A DNA stretch of 39,053 nt from NCBI GenBank assembly GCA_964405625.1, contig CAYOPA010000003.1:1-39053 (forward strand), written 5' to 3'. The DNA comes from an uncultured Bryobacterales bacterium. Its GTDB lineage: Bacteria > Acidobacteriota > Terriglobia > Bryobacterales > UBA6623. The notes below the pieces were generated by a model. It was not told the origin of the DNA. It saw nothing but the letters and a program-made list of their open reading frames with translations, and made no database searches. Made by a program: the position numbers and the translations under genes. Positions 24,519-34,061 of this stretch are shown piece after piece (positions within the stretch are counted from its first letter, which is position 1; every line of letters starts with the position of its first letter).

Positions 24519-24593
24519 TGGTGAGCGCGGTAGGGCTCGAACCTACAACCTAGTGATTAAGAGTCACTTGCTCTACCATTGAGCTACGCGCCC
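24519..24593 (-). tRNA. tRNA-Lys(CTT)
   Basis: GGGCGCGTAGCTCAATGGTAGAGCAAGTGACTCTTAATCACTAGGTTGTAGGTTCGAGCCCTACCGCGCTCACCA: cloverleaf, anticodon arm AGTGA-CT-CTT-AA-TCACT, GGTTCGA T-loop, encoded CCA. Confidence 0.97.
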
Positions 24594-24606
24594 TCTCGAA
24601 AACCCT

Positions 24607-24615
24607 AGATTAGCA
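24607..24615 (-). promoter_or_regulatory. Extended -10-like promoter (TGcTAATCT) for tRNA-Lys
   Basis: 13 nt upstream of the tRNA 5' end; overlaps the TAA stop of the heparinase-like gene. Confidence 0.5.
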
Positions 24616-27018
24616 TGGAATCGCGGTCGCGCTCAGCACTTCCGCAACCTCGAATGTGGATAGCGCCTTCGAGATGCGGTTCGCGTCGGGCAAGGGAGTT
24701 GACGTGCGTAAGCCGCCGCCGCGGCTCCATTCCAATTGCTCCGCCGGCCCGGTCTCCGGCAGATCCAGCAGGCGTTTGCCCGCCCAGGAGATCCGGCTGA
24801 CTCCGACCGCAAGCAGTTTCGGCTCACCTGGACCGGTCTCGTAGGCCAGAAACCGGGCGTCACTCTCCAGCGGGCCGAGTTTCCACAGCTTCGCCGCGTC
24901 CGCGAAGCACAGCAGCGCGGCCGACCCGGCGCGTTGGTCGGCGTATGCGGTGACGTCCAGGCCGCGTCCGTCTCGCAGCAGTTGAACCGACTCGACTCCC
25001 GTTTCCCGCCGGCCCGCGTCGCATTCCAGCGCCGTCGCCCATTCGGCCGGCAGCTCCAGTGTGGCGCTGTAGCGGACGCTCGGAGCCGCCTCCAGCCGCC
25101 CGTAGCAGGGAGACCAATCGTCGGCGAAAATTTCACGAGACCAGGCCGGATTTCGAGGCGAGACGATTCGTAGCCTTTCGCCGTCTTCGGTCTCAAACGA
25201 GACCTCGTCCGGCGATAGGGTCTTAATGAAAAAATCCGCGCCGATCCGCCAGGAAACAGCCGCCTCTCGCCGGCCGGCGCCTTCCACGCGGTCGCGGACG
25301 AAGAGCCTGCCGTGCTTCCACAGAACTACCCAGCGACGATGGACTGCCGGCGGGCTGAGGCGCTCGTATCCGGAGTGCGAGCCGACGGCCAGATCCAGCG
25401 CCTTGCTTGTGACGAACCGTTCGGTTCTTGCGTCCGGCAGGGCTTCCCAGCCGAACGAGCCCGCGGGCTCCGCTTGGTTGAGCCGGTCCAGGCAGACCGT
25501 GCTGTGGGAGGCGGAGCCGCGCAGCAGGTTGCGCTCCGGCGTCTGCCGCGGGTAGCGGCCGGTCCCCGGATCGAGCAGCACGTAGCGTCCATTGCGCGCC
25601 CACTGCAGGCTCAGGGCGTCGGCGTGGCCGTGCCCGCCGCTCAAGGCGCCCATGGGGCCGGCGTCAAAGACGACGGCCGACCGCGGGCCGCCGTCGGCGA
25701 CCAGCACGTGAAAGCCGCTGTCGTCGTGGCGCTTCGATGGTTGCGGGTCGTCGGCAATGGCGAGGGCGTCGAAGCGTTTGGCGGCGTCGGGACCCAACAG
25801 CCACAGGGTTTCTTCGCGGAGATCGCCCGAGGCGCCCTTCAGGTCCGGCCGCCGAAACAACAGGGCGGCCGTGCACAGCGGGTCCAACAAGTGCTTGGGG
25901 CGATTGCGCGCGCCGTCAAAGAGCCGGCCGCCGTCGTCGTCGCCGAAGCGCGCCGGCAATCCGCCGGCGGAGAGCCTCCACAACCAGTCGGCCATACGCT
26001 CCACGAGCTTGCGGAGATCCTGCGGCAGCTCGTCGCGGTTGGCCTCGGCCAGCGCCAGAAAATGCAGGTACATGTCCAGCGCATAGACGTGGTAATAGGT
26101 GGATTGCTCGAAATAACCGCCGTCGGAGTGGACCTGCCGCTTGACTTCGCTGATCAGAATGTCGCGTCCGAGCTCGCGCCATCGAGCCGACGCCTCGAAG
26201 CCCCGGCAGACCGAGCCGATGGCGTAGAGCGCCAGGGCCTCGCCCAGCAGGTGGGTGTTGGGTGAGAAGTAAGTCGACAGAAAGCGCTCAAGGTAGGCGG
26301 CCGCTTGCCCCAGCCCGGCCTCGAGCTCGTCTCTGAAGTCCTTCTGCCGCTCGTCGGAACCGTCGGCGAGGCGCCACAGCCATAGCCACGATAGCGACCG
26401 GAAGGCGACTTCCAGGGCGCTGGTCCAATGGATGCCGCGCGGGTAGGGATTCTTGCGCTGAAAATCGCGGAACTGGTCGATCGCCTCGAAAAGGAAGCGC
26501 TCTTGGCCGCTTAGCCGCCAGGCTCTGGCCAAAACCGTCAGATGCTGATGGCGCCCCAGTTCCCAAACGACCTTGTGGTCGCCGACTTTGTCGTAGTCCA
26601 AATACGGCGTGCGCCGCCACGGCGTTCGAGGGGAGCGTTTGCTGCTGACTGGATCGAGGGACCAGTCGATGTCGCCGCCGAAATTGAGGTCCGGATAGCC
26701 GAGCAGATCGAAGCGTCGGGCGCAGATCTTTTCGGCGCGCCGGATGAGGTCGGCGACGAGATGCGGCGCTCGATCCTCGAGCTCGCGGACGACCGCCTTC
26801 ACCTGGTGGGTTTCGAGGAAATAGGTCCCAGTGACCGCCGCTCCGATGCGCTTCGGGCGGGCGGCCGGGAGCCCCACGACGCAGCGCAGGTCGTCCAGAC
26901 GCTTTTGGAGCTCCTGCCCAGCCCTGGCGCGAAGCTCGTCGCGGCTCATTTGGCGCAACTTGGCGAAGTTGGAGGCAGGGGCGGATCGCGAGGCAGGTGA
27001 TGAATCCGAAATCGACAA
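24610..27018 (-). CDS. Heparinase II/III-like (alginate lyase-like) family protein, EPS-locus associated
   Basis: DHKVVWELGRHQHL, NTHLLGEALAL, DGGYFEQSTYYH, FGDDDGG, GHGHADALS, LDPGT, HSTV. Start (TTG 27018 or a later ATG) uncertain. Confidence 0.9.
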   Translation of the reverse strand: MSISDSSPASRSAPASNFAKLRQMSRDELRARAGQELQKRLDDLRCVVGLPAARPKRIGAAVTGTYFLETHQVKAVVRELEDRAPHLVADLIRRAEKICARRFDLLGYPDLNFGGDIDWSLDPVSSKRSPRTPWRRTPYLDYDKVGDHKVVWELGRHQHLTVLARAWRLSGQERFLFEAIDQFRDFQRKNPYPRGIHWTSALEVAFRSLSWLWLWRLADGSDERQKDFRDELEAGLGQAAAYLERFLSTYFSPNTHLLGEALALYAIGSVCRGFEASARWRELGRDILISEVKRQVHSDGGYFEQSTYYHVYALDMYLHFLALAEANRDELPQDLRKLVERMADWLWRLSAGGLPARFGDDDGGRLFDGARNRPKHLLDPLCTAALLFRRPDLKGASGDLREETLWLLGPDAAKRFDALAIADDPQPSKRHDDSGFHVLVADGGPRSAVVFDAGPMGALSGGHGHADALSLQWARNGRYVLLDPGTGRYPRQTPERNLLRGSASHSTVCLDRLNQAEPAGSFGWEALPDARTERFVTSKALDLAVGSHSGYERLSPPAVHRRWVVLWKHGRLFVRDRVEGAGRREAAVSWRIGADFFIKTLSPDEVSFETEDGERLRIVSPRNPAWSREIFADDWSPCYGRLEAAPSVRYSATLELPAEWATALECDAGRRETGVESVQLLRDGRGLDVTAYADQRAGSAALLCFADAAKLWKLGPLESDARFLAYETGPGEPKLLAVGVSRISWAGKRLLDLPETGPAEQLEWSRGGGLRTSTPLPDANRISKALSTFEVAEVLSATAIPC

Positions 27019-27209
27019 GCCTTCACCGCTCCCTCCAGGTTACACCCCAGAGCCCCAACGCGGAGCTCGTCTTCGCGGGCGAGGACGTCACGTTTACGTG
27101 ACGATTCATACAGCGTGTTCGAGCCGCCCGTGGCCCCGGGATCAGCGTGATACACTGGCAAATGGTGACGCTTTTTTGCAGCCTGATCTCCGGCTTCGCT
27201 CGATTTCTG

Positions 27210-27836
27210 ATGGTGACCGTCATGGTGGTCGCTTGGCTGGCTTATCCCGTGGACTGCGTAGCCCAGGGTGAGCCGGGTTCTTCGGGCGTGGACTTGAGCG
27301 GCCTGCAATCCGGTCCTGTCGGCATTCCGGAGAAAGGGCCTGACGAAGAGCCCTTCGTGGTGGGCGTGGGCGACGTTTTGCAGATCAGCGTCTGGCGCGA
27401 GCCCGAGGTGTCGGTGGCTGCCGTTACAGTCCGGCCTGACGGGAAGATTTCCGTTCCACTGATTAAAGAAGTTTATGTCAGCGGCCTCACGCCGGTGGCG
27501 ATCGAGCAGGAGCTCACGCGCAAGTTTGAGCAGTTGATTAACAGCCCGGTCGTGACAGTCATCGTCAAGGAGACGCACAGCCAGCAGGTGATCCTCTCCG
27601 GCGGCGTGGCGCGTCCCGGCTTGCTCGAAATCAAACCCGGCATGACGGTCATGCACGCGCTTTCGATCGCGGGCGGGGTTCGCGAGTATGCCAAGCGCAA
27701 GAAGATTTTCGTGATTCGCACGGTCGACAGCCGGCAAGTCACGATCCCGTTTGATTACACAGCAGTCATCACCGGCAAGGATCCGTCGAAGGATTTCTTG
27801 CTTGAGGCGGGCGACATGATTGTCGTCCCGGAATAG
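27210..27836 (+). CDS. Polysaccharide biosynthesis/export (OPX, Wza-like) protein, short periplasmic type
   Basis: VGVGDVLQISVWREPEVS..VRPDGKISVPLI (PES domain), one SLBB domain, ends LEAGDMIVVPE. Start uncertain (27147-27222). Confidence 0.92.
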   Translation: MVTVMVVAWLAYPVDCVAQGEPGSSGVDLSGLQSGPVGIPEKGPDEEPFVVGVGDVLQISVWREPEVSVAAVTVRPDGKISVPLIKEVYVSGLTPVAIEQELTRKFEQLINSPVVTVIVKETHSQQVILSGGVARPGLLEIKPGMTVMHALSIAGGVREYAKRKKIFVIRTVDSRQVTIPFDYTAVITGKDPSKDFLLEAGDMIVVPE

Positions 27837-27959
27837 GAGGGCCGCTAGCCGCGGAGGCAAAGGACCTCCGCCCGTGAATTGGTGATCTTGAGCCCGCACT
27901 CGGACCCTTGCCCGCGCCCTCCCGCCCGCTTAAAGTTCTCATTGGCATCTCCCAATCTC

Positions 27960-30900
27960 ATGAAACGCAACCTCTTTACTTTCGTTCTTCTGCTGGTGGG
28001 CTTGGTTGCCGGACCAGCGGGCCTGCGCGCTCAGCTTTCTCCGTCGGCGATCCGGGTGTTGGGCCAGGTTGACCTTCGCCAGAACGGCTTCAACTCCGTG
28101 GATGGCTCCGAGCTCGCCAATCCCAGCGGCGTGGCGATTGACGAGCGCGACGGACAGGTTCACGTCTACGTGGCCGACGCCTCCAACAACCGCGTGTTGG
28201 CGTGGCGCGACATCCGGGCACTCGAAAATGGCGCTCGGGCTGATATCGCGCTCGGGCAGCGCAGCTTGCGCCACACCATCCCCCTGGGTATCGGCAACGC
28301 CGGGCTGAGCCTTCCATCGGCGGTGGCTGTCAATCCGGCCACGGGCGATCTCTATGTCGCGGACACGAATCACCACCGTGTTCTACGCTTCCTGGAGCCA
28401 TTTGCCAATACGGCGCGGGTGGAGCCCGACAAAGTCTACGGCCAAGCCGATTTTGCGGAGCGACGGTTCAATCAGCCGTTTTTGGGCGCCCGCTCGATGC
28501 GTTCTCCCAGCGGGCTGGGTTTTGACGCCGCCGGCAACCTGTGGGTGGTCGATGCGGGCAATCATCGAATCCTGCGGTTTACCGCCGCCCAGTTGGATGC
28601 GGATCAACCCGAAGCTGACGTCGTGCTGGGGCAACCCGATTTTGATACCGCCCAGACCAACGGCGGCGCGGGCGCTGTTAACGCGGCGGGCTTCAATCAG
28701 CCTCTCTCGATCTCGTTCCACCCCAATGGCTCGCTCTACGCGGCGGACTTCAACAACGCCCGCCTGCTGGTGTTCCAGGCCCCGTTTCGGACGGGGCAGG
28801 CCGCCGAGTCCGTCCTAGGGCAGCCCGATTTTGTGACGCGGGCCGTGCCTCCAACGATCACGGCCAGCTCCATGCGCGGTCCGAACAGCCTCTACATTGA
28901 CCGGTCCGGCAATTTGTTCGTCGCCGTGGGGACGGAGAATCGCGTGCTGGTCTTCCAAGCAGTGGCCCAGTCCGGGCTCGGAATGGCGGCGGCTTCGCGC
29001 GTGATCGGCCAGCCGTTGTTGACCTCCGACCAGCCCAATGTGGGGACGTTCCCGTCAGCGAGCGCCTCGGGGCTGTTTTCGCCGTCTGATGTGTTTGGCG
29101 ATTCGACCGGAACGATCTATGTGGCGGATGGCGCCAACCACCGTCTGGTGGCGTTCAGCGACGGCAGTGCTCCGGCGACGAGAGTGCTCGGCCAGGCCGA
29201 CTTCGCGCGGAATGGGGCCAATCGCGTTGGCGCGGATAGCATGGGGAACGTCCTCGGCATCGCCATCGATTACTCCACCGACGGCTTCCCGCTGTACGTC
29301 TGCGACGCTTCGAACCATCGCGTGTTGGCGTGGCGTTCGTCGCTGCGGTTTCGCAATGGCTCTCCGGCGGATCTGGTCGTCGGCCAGCCGGATTTCGTGA
29401 CCGCTATCCCCAACGCTGACACCGGCCGGGCGCAGTCGCCCACCCGCACTTCGCTATCGCAGCCCCGCGGCGTCGACGTCGACGCCGACGGCAACTTGTG
29501 GGTCGCCGACGCGGGCAACAATCGCGCGCTCCGCTTTCCCAAACCGTTTGAACAGTCCGGCCGCGTCTCGGCGGACACTGTGCTCGGGCAGCAGGGATTT
29601 TTCACGTCGATCTCGGCTACGGTCAATGCATCGTCGCTGCGGAACCCGTTCGGCGTGGCGGTCGGGCAGAGCGGCGAGATTTACATTGCCGACACCAACA
29701 ACAATCGCGTGCTCGAGTATCCGGCCTCCCCGGCTTCAGGCGCCGCCGCCGTGCGGGTTTTTGGAAAGACATCGTTTGACAGCGGAACAGCGCCGACACA
29801 GATCTCGGCGTTATCTCTAAGCAATCCGACCGCGCTCGTCGTCGATCCCTTCAATTTCTTGGTGGTGGCGGACTCGTCGGCGCACCGGGTAGTGGTCTAT
29901 CCGCTCTCGCCCGACGCGCCGCCGGCGGCGATCACGGCGGGCACGGTAATCGGCCAGGATAGCTTTGAAGCGGGCGGCGCCGGCGCGGGACCGACGCGGC
30001 TGAACAGCCCGCAGGGCGTCGGCGTCAACCCCGAAGGCGTGATTTACGTCGCGGACTCGGGCAACAACCGGGTCTTGAGCTTCCCCAGCCTGTTTACTCT
30101 GCCGTCAACCGGCGGTGCGGCGACTCAAGCGCTAGGGCAGCCCGCGCTGAACACAAACAATCCCAACTTCAACACTCCGGACGGGCTGGCGACCAACGAA
30201 GGCATGTTCCAGCCGCTGGGCCTGTTCGTTGACCGTCGGGGCGGGGTCTGGGTGGGGGACGCCGGCAACAGCCGGGTCACGAACTTCGCGAGCCCGGCCA
30301 ATGGCGTCAGCGCCGCCACGTTTGTTGCGGGACAGAATGTGTCGCCCGGCTCGCTGGTGTCGCTTTTCGGGCCGGCTCTGAGCGAGGACGATGCGGTGGC
30401 CACCGCCGTCCCACTACCGACGGATCTGGCCGGGCGGGTTTTTGAAGTGAATGACGAGTTTCGCGCCGGGATCCTGTTCGTATCGCCGGGGCAGGCAAAC
30501 ATTCAGATTCCCGTGGACGCTCCGTCGGGGTTGCAGAGCCTGACCGTGCGCCGCTCCGACACCGACGAGGTGATTGCGGGCGGGCCGATCCTGCTGGGCC
30601 CGACCAACCCTGGGCTGTTCACGGTCTCGCAGGACGGCCGGGGCCAAGCGCTGGCGCTCAACCAGAACGGCGTTTTGAACTCGGCGGCCAACCCAGCGGC
30701 CCGGGGCAGCGTTGTCCAACTATTCGGCACCGGTCCGGGGCCGACCAACCCTGTGGTTCCCACTGGTCAGGCGGCCCCGTCGGGGCCGCTGGCCCAGACC
30801 CTCACACAGCCCGCCCGGACGCAGCTTGAGTGCCTGTCGCAGGGATTTGTGTGCGTGGCGTTCGCCAGCCGGCTCGGGGAGGTGCTCTTCTCGGGGTTGG

Positions 30901-31040
30901 CCCCGGGATTTGTCGGGCTGTGGCAGGTGAATGTCAAGATTCCGGATGATTACCCCGAGGCGCTGACCGGAGACGCAGTGCCGATCACGCTGGCCATCAA
31001 CCAACGTTTCAGCAATACTGTAACGGTAGCGATCCGCTAA
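27960..31040 (+). CDS. Secreted NHL-repeat protein (12 repeats, two beta-propellers) with C-terminal TIGR03437-like domain
   Basis: Signal peptide MKRNLFTFVLLL...AQ; 12 P-x-G/A-V...VAD..N.RVL repeats with VLGQxDF linkers; C-terminal VSAATF..VSPGSLVSLFG, LFVSPGQANIQIP, NPAARGSVVQLFGTG, FSGLAPGFVGLWQVNVKIP. Confidence 0.9.
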   Translation: MKRNLFTFVLLLVGLVAGPAGLRAQLSPSAIRVLGQVDLRQNGFNSVDGSELANPSGVAIDERDGQVHVYVADASNNRVLAWRDIRALENGARADIALGQRSLRHTIPLGIGNAGLSLPSAVAVNPATGDLYVADTNHHRVLRFLEPFANTARVEPDKVYGQADFAERRFNQPFLGARSMRSPSGLGFDAAGNLWVVDAGNHRILRFTAAQLDADQPEADVVLGQPDFDTAQTNGGAGAVNAAGFNQPLSISFHPNGSLYAADFNNARLLVFQAPFRTGQAAESVLGQPDFVTRAVPPTITASSMRGPNSLYIDRSGNLFVAVGTENRVLVFQAVAQSGLGMAAASRVIGQPLLTSDQPNVGTFPSASASGLFSPSDVFGDSTGTIYVADGANHRLVAFSDGSAPATRVLGQADFARNGANRVGADSMGNVLGIAIDYSTDGFPLYVCDASNHRVLAWRSSLRFRNGSPADLVVGQPDFVTAIPNADTGRAQSPTRTSLSQPRGVDVDADGNLWVADAGNNRALRFPKPFEQSGRVSADTVLGQQGFFTSISATVNASSLRNPFGVAVGQSGEIYIADTNNNRVLEYPASPASGAAAVRVFGKTSFDSGTAPTQISALSLSNPTALVVDPFNFLVVADSSAHRVVVYPLSPDAPPAAITAGTVIGQDSFEAGGAGAGPTRLNSPQGVGVNPEGVIYVADSGNNRVLSFPSLFTLPSTGGAATQALGQPALNTNNPNFNTPDGLATNEGMFQPLGLFVDRRGGVWVGDAGNSRVTNFASPANGVSAATFVAGQNVSPGSLVSLFGPALSEDDAVATAVPLPTDLAGRVFEVNDEFRAGILFVSPGQANIQIPVDAPSGLQSLTVRRSDTDEVIAGGPILLGPTNPGLFTVSQDGRGQALALNQNGVLNSAANPAARGSVVQLFGTGPGPTNPVVPTGQAAPSGPLAQTLTQPARTQLECLSQGFVCVAFASRLGEVLFSGLAPGFVGLWQVNVKIPDDYPEALTGDAVPITLAINQRFSNTVTVAIR

Positions 31041-31052
31041 CGGAGAGTCACT

Positions 31053-33347
31053 ATGAAGAATTCCCTCGAATTGTATCGGCGGCCGGTCGCGACGTTCATT
31101 TTCGCGGCGGTCCTGTTACTGTCCGTCGGCTGCATGAAGTCGCCGGAGCAGAAGTTCGCGGACTTCATGGAGAGCGGCCTGGCGGCGGTGGAGGAAGAAG
31201 ATTACGCCAGCGCCCTGATCCACTTCAAAAACGCGGCGCGCCTCGACAGCAACGAGGCCGAGCCGTTCTACCAGATTGCCGTCTGCCATCTCAATCGGGG
31301 CCAGCCGCAGGAAGCGGTGGACGCGGTCCAACAGGCGGTCCGGATCAATCCCGATCACGTCGAAGCCAACCTGCTGATGGCCCGCTTTATGGTGACCAGC
31401 AAACGGCAGGAGCTCTTACCGCGGGCCGAGGAGCTGCTGAACGGATTACTCGGCCAGGACCGGGGAAACTCCGACGCGCTATTTGTGCTGGCGGCCACGC
31501 GGGCGCAGCAGGGCTCGCCCGCCGACGCCGAGCGGTTACTGCTGGAGGCGCTCAAGAACCAGCCCGAGCACCTCAACGCGGCGATGGCGCTGGCTAGCTT
31601 GCGGATAAAAGAGGGCAAGCCCGACGAAGCTGAAAAAGTGCTGCGGGAGGCCGTCGGCAAGTCATCTGACCGTCGATTGGCCCGTCTTGCGCTAGGCCAG
31701 TTTTACGCCGGTCAGCAATTGGACGATAAGGCGCGCGAGCAGTTCGACACGATTGTGAAGGAGGATCCGACGTTCGGACCCGCATGGCTGGCAATCGGCA
31801 TGATGCACCTGAAGAAGAACGAGCGCGCCGAGGCCGAGGTGGTTTATAAGCGAGTCTCCGAGCTCGATGAAGAGCAGTACAAGCCGCTTTACGCGCAGAT
31901 CCTGGCCGTTAACGGCAAGACCGAGGAAGCCGTCGCCGAGTATGAGCGGCTGCACAAGGCCGAGCCGGACAACCGTGCTTTCCGCTCCAACCTGATCAAC
32001 GCCTACTTGCAGACCGGGAGTCCGGACAAAGCGGAGGCTCTGCTCAACGAAACCATCGAGCGCCGCCCGCGGGACTCAGATGCGCGCCTGCAACGGGCTG
32101 AGGTCCGCCGGCGCGCCGGCAATTTGGAGGGTGCGCAGTCGGACTTGGCGACCGTGCTGGAGATCCGTCCGAACTCCCACGAGGCGCACTATTTCCTGTC
32201 GAAGATTCACCAGGCGCGACGCGATAATCGGTTGCAGCGCCAGGAGCTCGACGAGGCCATGCGGTTGGACCCCTCCTACCTGCCGGCGAGGTTGGAAATG
32301 GTCCAGTCCATGCTGCAGAGCCAGAACGCGAGCAGCGCGCTCGACGTGCTCAACGAGGCCCCCGCGGATCAGGCGCAAACCATGCCGATCCTTGCGGCTA
32401 AAGTTTGGGCCTACGTTGCGATGAATCGTTACGACGACGCCAAGAAGACCCTGGCGGCCATCCCCGAAGCGCAGCGCGACACGGCCGAGATCAATCTGCA
32501 AGAGGGGGTGTTGCGGGCGGTCGCCAGGGACTTCGCGGGGGCGCAGACGTTCCTGAAGCGCTCGCTGGAGCAGAATCCGCAGGACGTGCGCGCGCTGAAC
32601 GCTTATGCCGGGACCTTCGTGGCGCAAAAGCAGGTAGCGCGCGCGCTGGAAGTGGTCCGCGGCCAAGCCGAGCAGTTCCCGGACTCGCCGCAGATGCAGC
32701 TTGCGCTCGCCGGGTGGTATGAGCGGGCGAACTATCGCCAAGAGGCGCGCGCCGCCTATCGCGCGGCCCACGAAGCCGGCGATACCAGCGGCGAAGCCGC
32801 CATTATGACCGCCCGGCTGGACGCGGCCGACGGTAAATATGACGAAGCCGTGAAGACGTTGGAGGACCTTTTGGAGAAGAGCCCCCGCAGCGTGGCCGCT
32901 TGGCGGATGTTGGGCTTGGTGAATGACGCGGCCGGCAGGGGCGACCAAGCGATTGTCGCCTACCGCAAAGCCGTGGAAATCAACCCTGAAAACTTCGTCG
33001 CGCTAAACAATCTCGCCTATCTGCTCTCGCAACGCAATGAGCGCTTGGAAGAGGCGCTGTCGTTCGCGCAGAAAGCCAAGGAACTAGCGCCGGAGTCGGC
33101 CGACGTGGACGATACCCTGGGCTGGATCTACTACCAGCGCGGCGTCTTCGCAACCGCCGCCGTGCATCTTCGCGCCGCCGCCGCCGCCAACCCTGACAAC
33201 GCGCTCACGCAGTACCATTTGGCGATGGCGCAGGCCAAGACCGGCGACGCCTCCGGCGCCCGAAAGAGCTACGACGCGGCGGTGCGGTTGGACTCCAATC
33301 TGCCGGAAGCGAAAGAGGCGTTGGCGATCATCGAGGCTGCGAAGTAG
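31053..33347 (+). CDS. TPR-repeat lipoprotein, PrsT-like (PEP-CTERM system associated)
   Basis: Lipobox SVGC; ALIHFKNAARLD; tandem TPRs; C-terminal ALNNLAYLL, DTLGWIYYQRG, YHLAMA; next to an exosortase. Confidence 0.85.
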   Translation: MKNSLELYRRPVATFIFAAVLLLSVGCMKSPEQKFADFMESGLAAVEEEDYASALIHFKNAARLDSNEAEPFYQIAVCHLNRGQPQEAVDAVQQAVRINPDHVEANLLMARFMVTSKRQELLPRAEELLNGLLGQDRGNSDALFVLAATRAQQGSPADAERLLLEALKNQPEHLNAAMALASLRIKEGKPDEAEKVLREAVGKSSDRRLARLALGQFYAGQQLDDKAREQFDTIVKEDPTFGPAWLAIGMMHLKKNERAEAEVVYKRVSELDEEQYKPLYAQILAVNGKTEEAVAEYERLHKAEPDNRAFRSNLINAYLQTGSPDKAEALLNETIERRPRDSDARLQRAEVRRRAGNLEGAQSDLATVLEIRPNSHEAHYFLSKIHQARRDNRLQRQELDEAMRLDPSYLPARLEMVQSMLQSQNASSALDVLNEAPADQAQTMPILAAKVWAYVAMNRYDDAKKTLAAIPEAQRDTAEINLQEGVLRAVARDFAGAQTFLKRSLEQNPQDVRALNAYAGTFVAQKQVARALEVVRGQAEQFPDSPQMQLALAGWYERANYRQEARAAYRAAHEAGDTSGEAAIMTARLDAADGKYDEAVKTLEDLLEKSPRSVAAWRMLGLVNDAAGRGDQAIVAYRKAVEINPENFVALNNLAYLLSQRNERLEEALSFAQKAKELAPESADVDDTLGWIYYQRGVFATAAVHLRAAAAANPDNALTQYHLAMAQAKTGDASGARKSYDAAVRLDSNLPEAKEALAIIEAAK

Positions 33348-33370
33348 AGCACGGGCGAGCTACGAACAAC

Positions 33371-33409
33371 AAACCGGGCGCCTGCCGGGATCGGAGGCGC
33401 CCGGTTTTT
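33371..33409 (+). terminator. Intrinsic terminator, possibly bidirectional
   Basis: AAACCGGGCGCCT-11 nt-AGGCGCCCGGTTTTT between convergent genes. Confidence 0.8.
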
Positions 33410-33437
33410 CGTGCACCCGGGGGAAACCCGGCCGCCG

Positions 33438-34061
33438 TTACGGCAGAATTGCGTCGGCGGCGGGAATAATTCGGCGCGCGAAATCCAGCGCCGCCTCGTC
33501 GGCCCATTCTGAATCGGGCGCGATGATACGGACGATCGATCCGGCGGTGCGGCCCGAAAACGCGGCGTCCCAAACTAAGCTCGCCTTGGCCATGTACTCG
33601 CTGGCCACCACGCGACCGCTGTTTTGGTACCAGTAGTAGACGACCAGCCGCTGGCGGCCCCGCTGCACCCAGTATTTGTTGATGCTGACCTTGCGGTCGC
33701 CCAAATCGAGCTCGGTCACGTCGTAGTCCCACATCTCCCAGCCGGCGCCGGGCAGGCAGTTGCGCGGCGAGTGCATGGACTCGCCCGCCCGCTGCATGGC
33801 GTAAAACGCAAAGAAGAGCTCCAGCCACTGATCGCCGTTGCTGTAGCCGCGAATCACGTAGTCTGTGGCATTGAGCACGGCTTCGGTGTCCTCGCCGAGC
33901 CGCTGGTCAAAGGTGACTTTCCAGTCGCCGATCGTACTCGGAAACTCTTCCAGGGGCCGTCGAAGCTGCTGGGGCTCACGTACGCCCGCCGAGTGGGCCG
34001 TTACCAGCGTCAGCGCCAGCAGCAGCGCGGTGACGCTGACGCGCCAAGACCAGTTCTTCAT
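33438..34061 (-). CDS. epsI: EpsI family protein (exosortase-associated) (207 aa)
   Basis: Start reassigned to MKNWSWRV (ATGA overlap with the exosortase stop); LEEFPSTIGDW, HSPRNCLPGAGW, VVYYWYQ, GSIVRI. Confidence 0.88.
   Translation of the reverse strand: MKNWSWRVSVTALLLALTLVTAHSAGVREPQQLRRPLEEFPSTIGDWKVTFDQRLGEDTEAVLNATDYVIRGYSNGDQWLELFFAFYAMQRAGESMHSPRNCLPGAGWEMWDYDVTELDLGDRKVSINKYWVQRGRQRLVVYYWYQNSGRVVASEYMAKASLVWDAAFSGRTAGSIVRIIAPDSEWADEAALDFARRIIPAADAILP

Noticed and set aside
27155-27181. Sigma-54 promoter (TGGCA...TTGCA) upstream of the OPX gene
   Set aside because: GG-to-GC spacing is not the required 10 nt.
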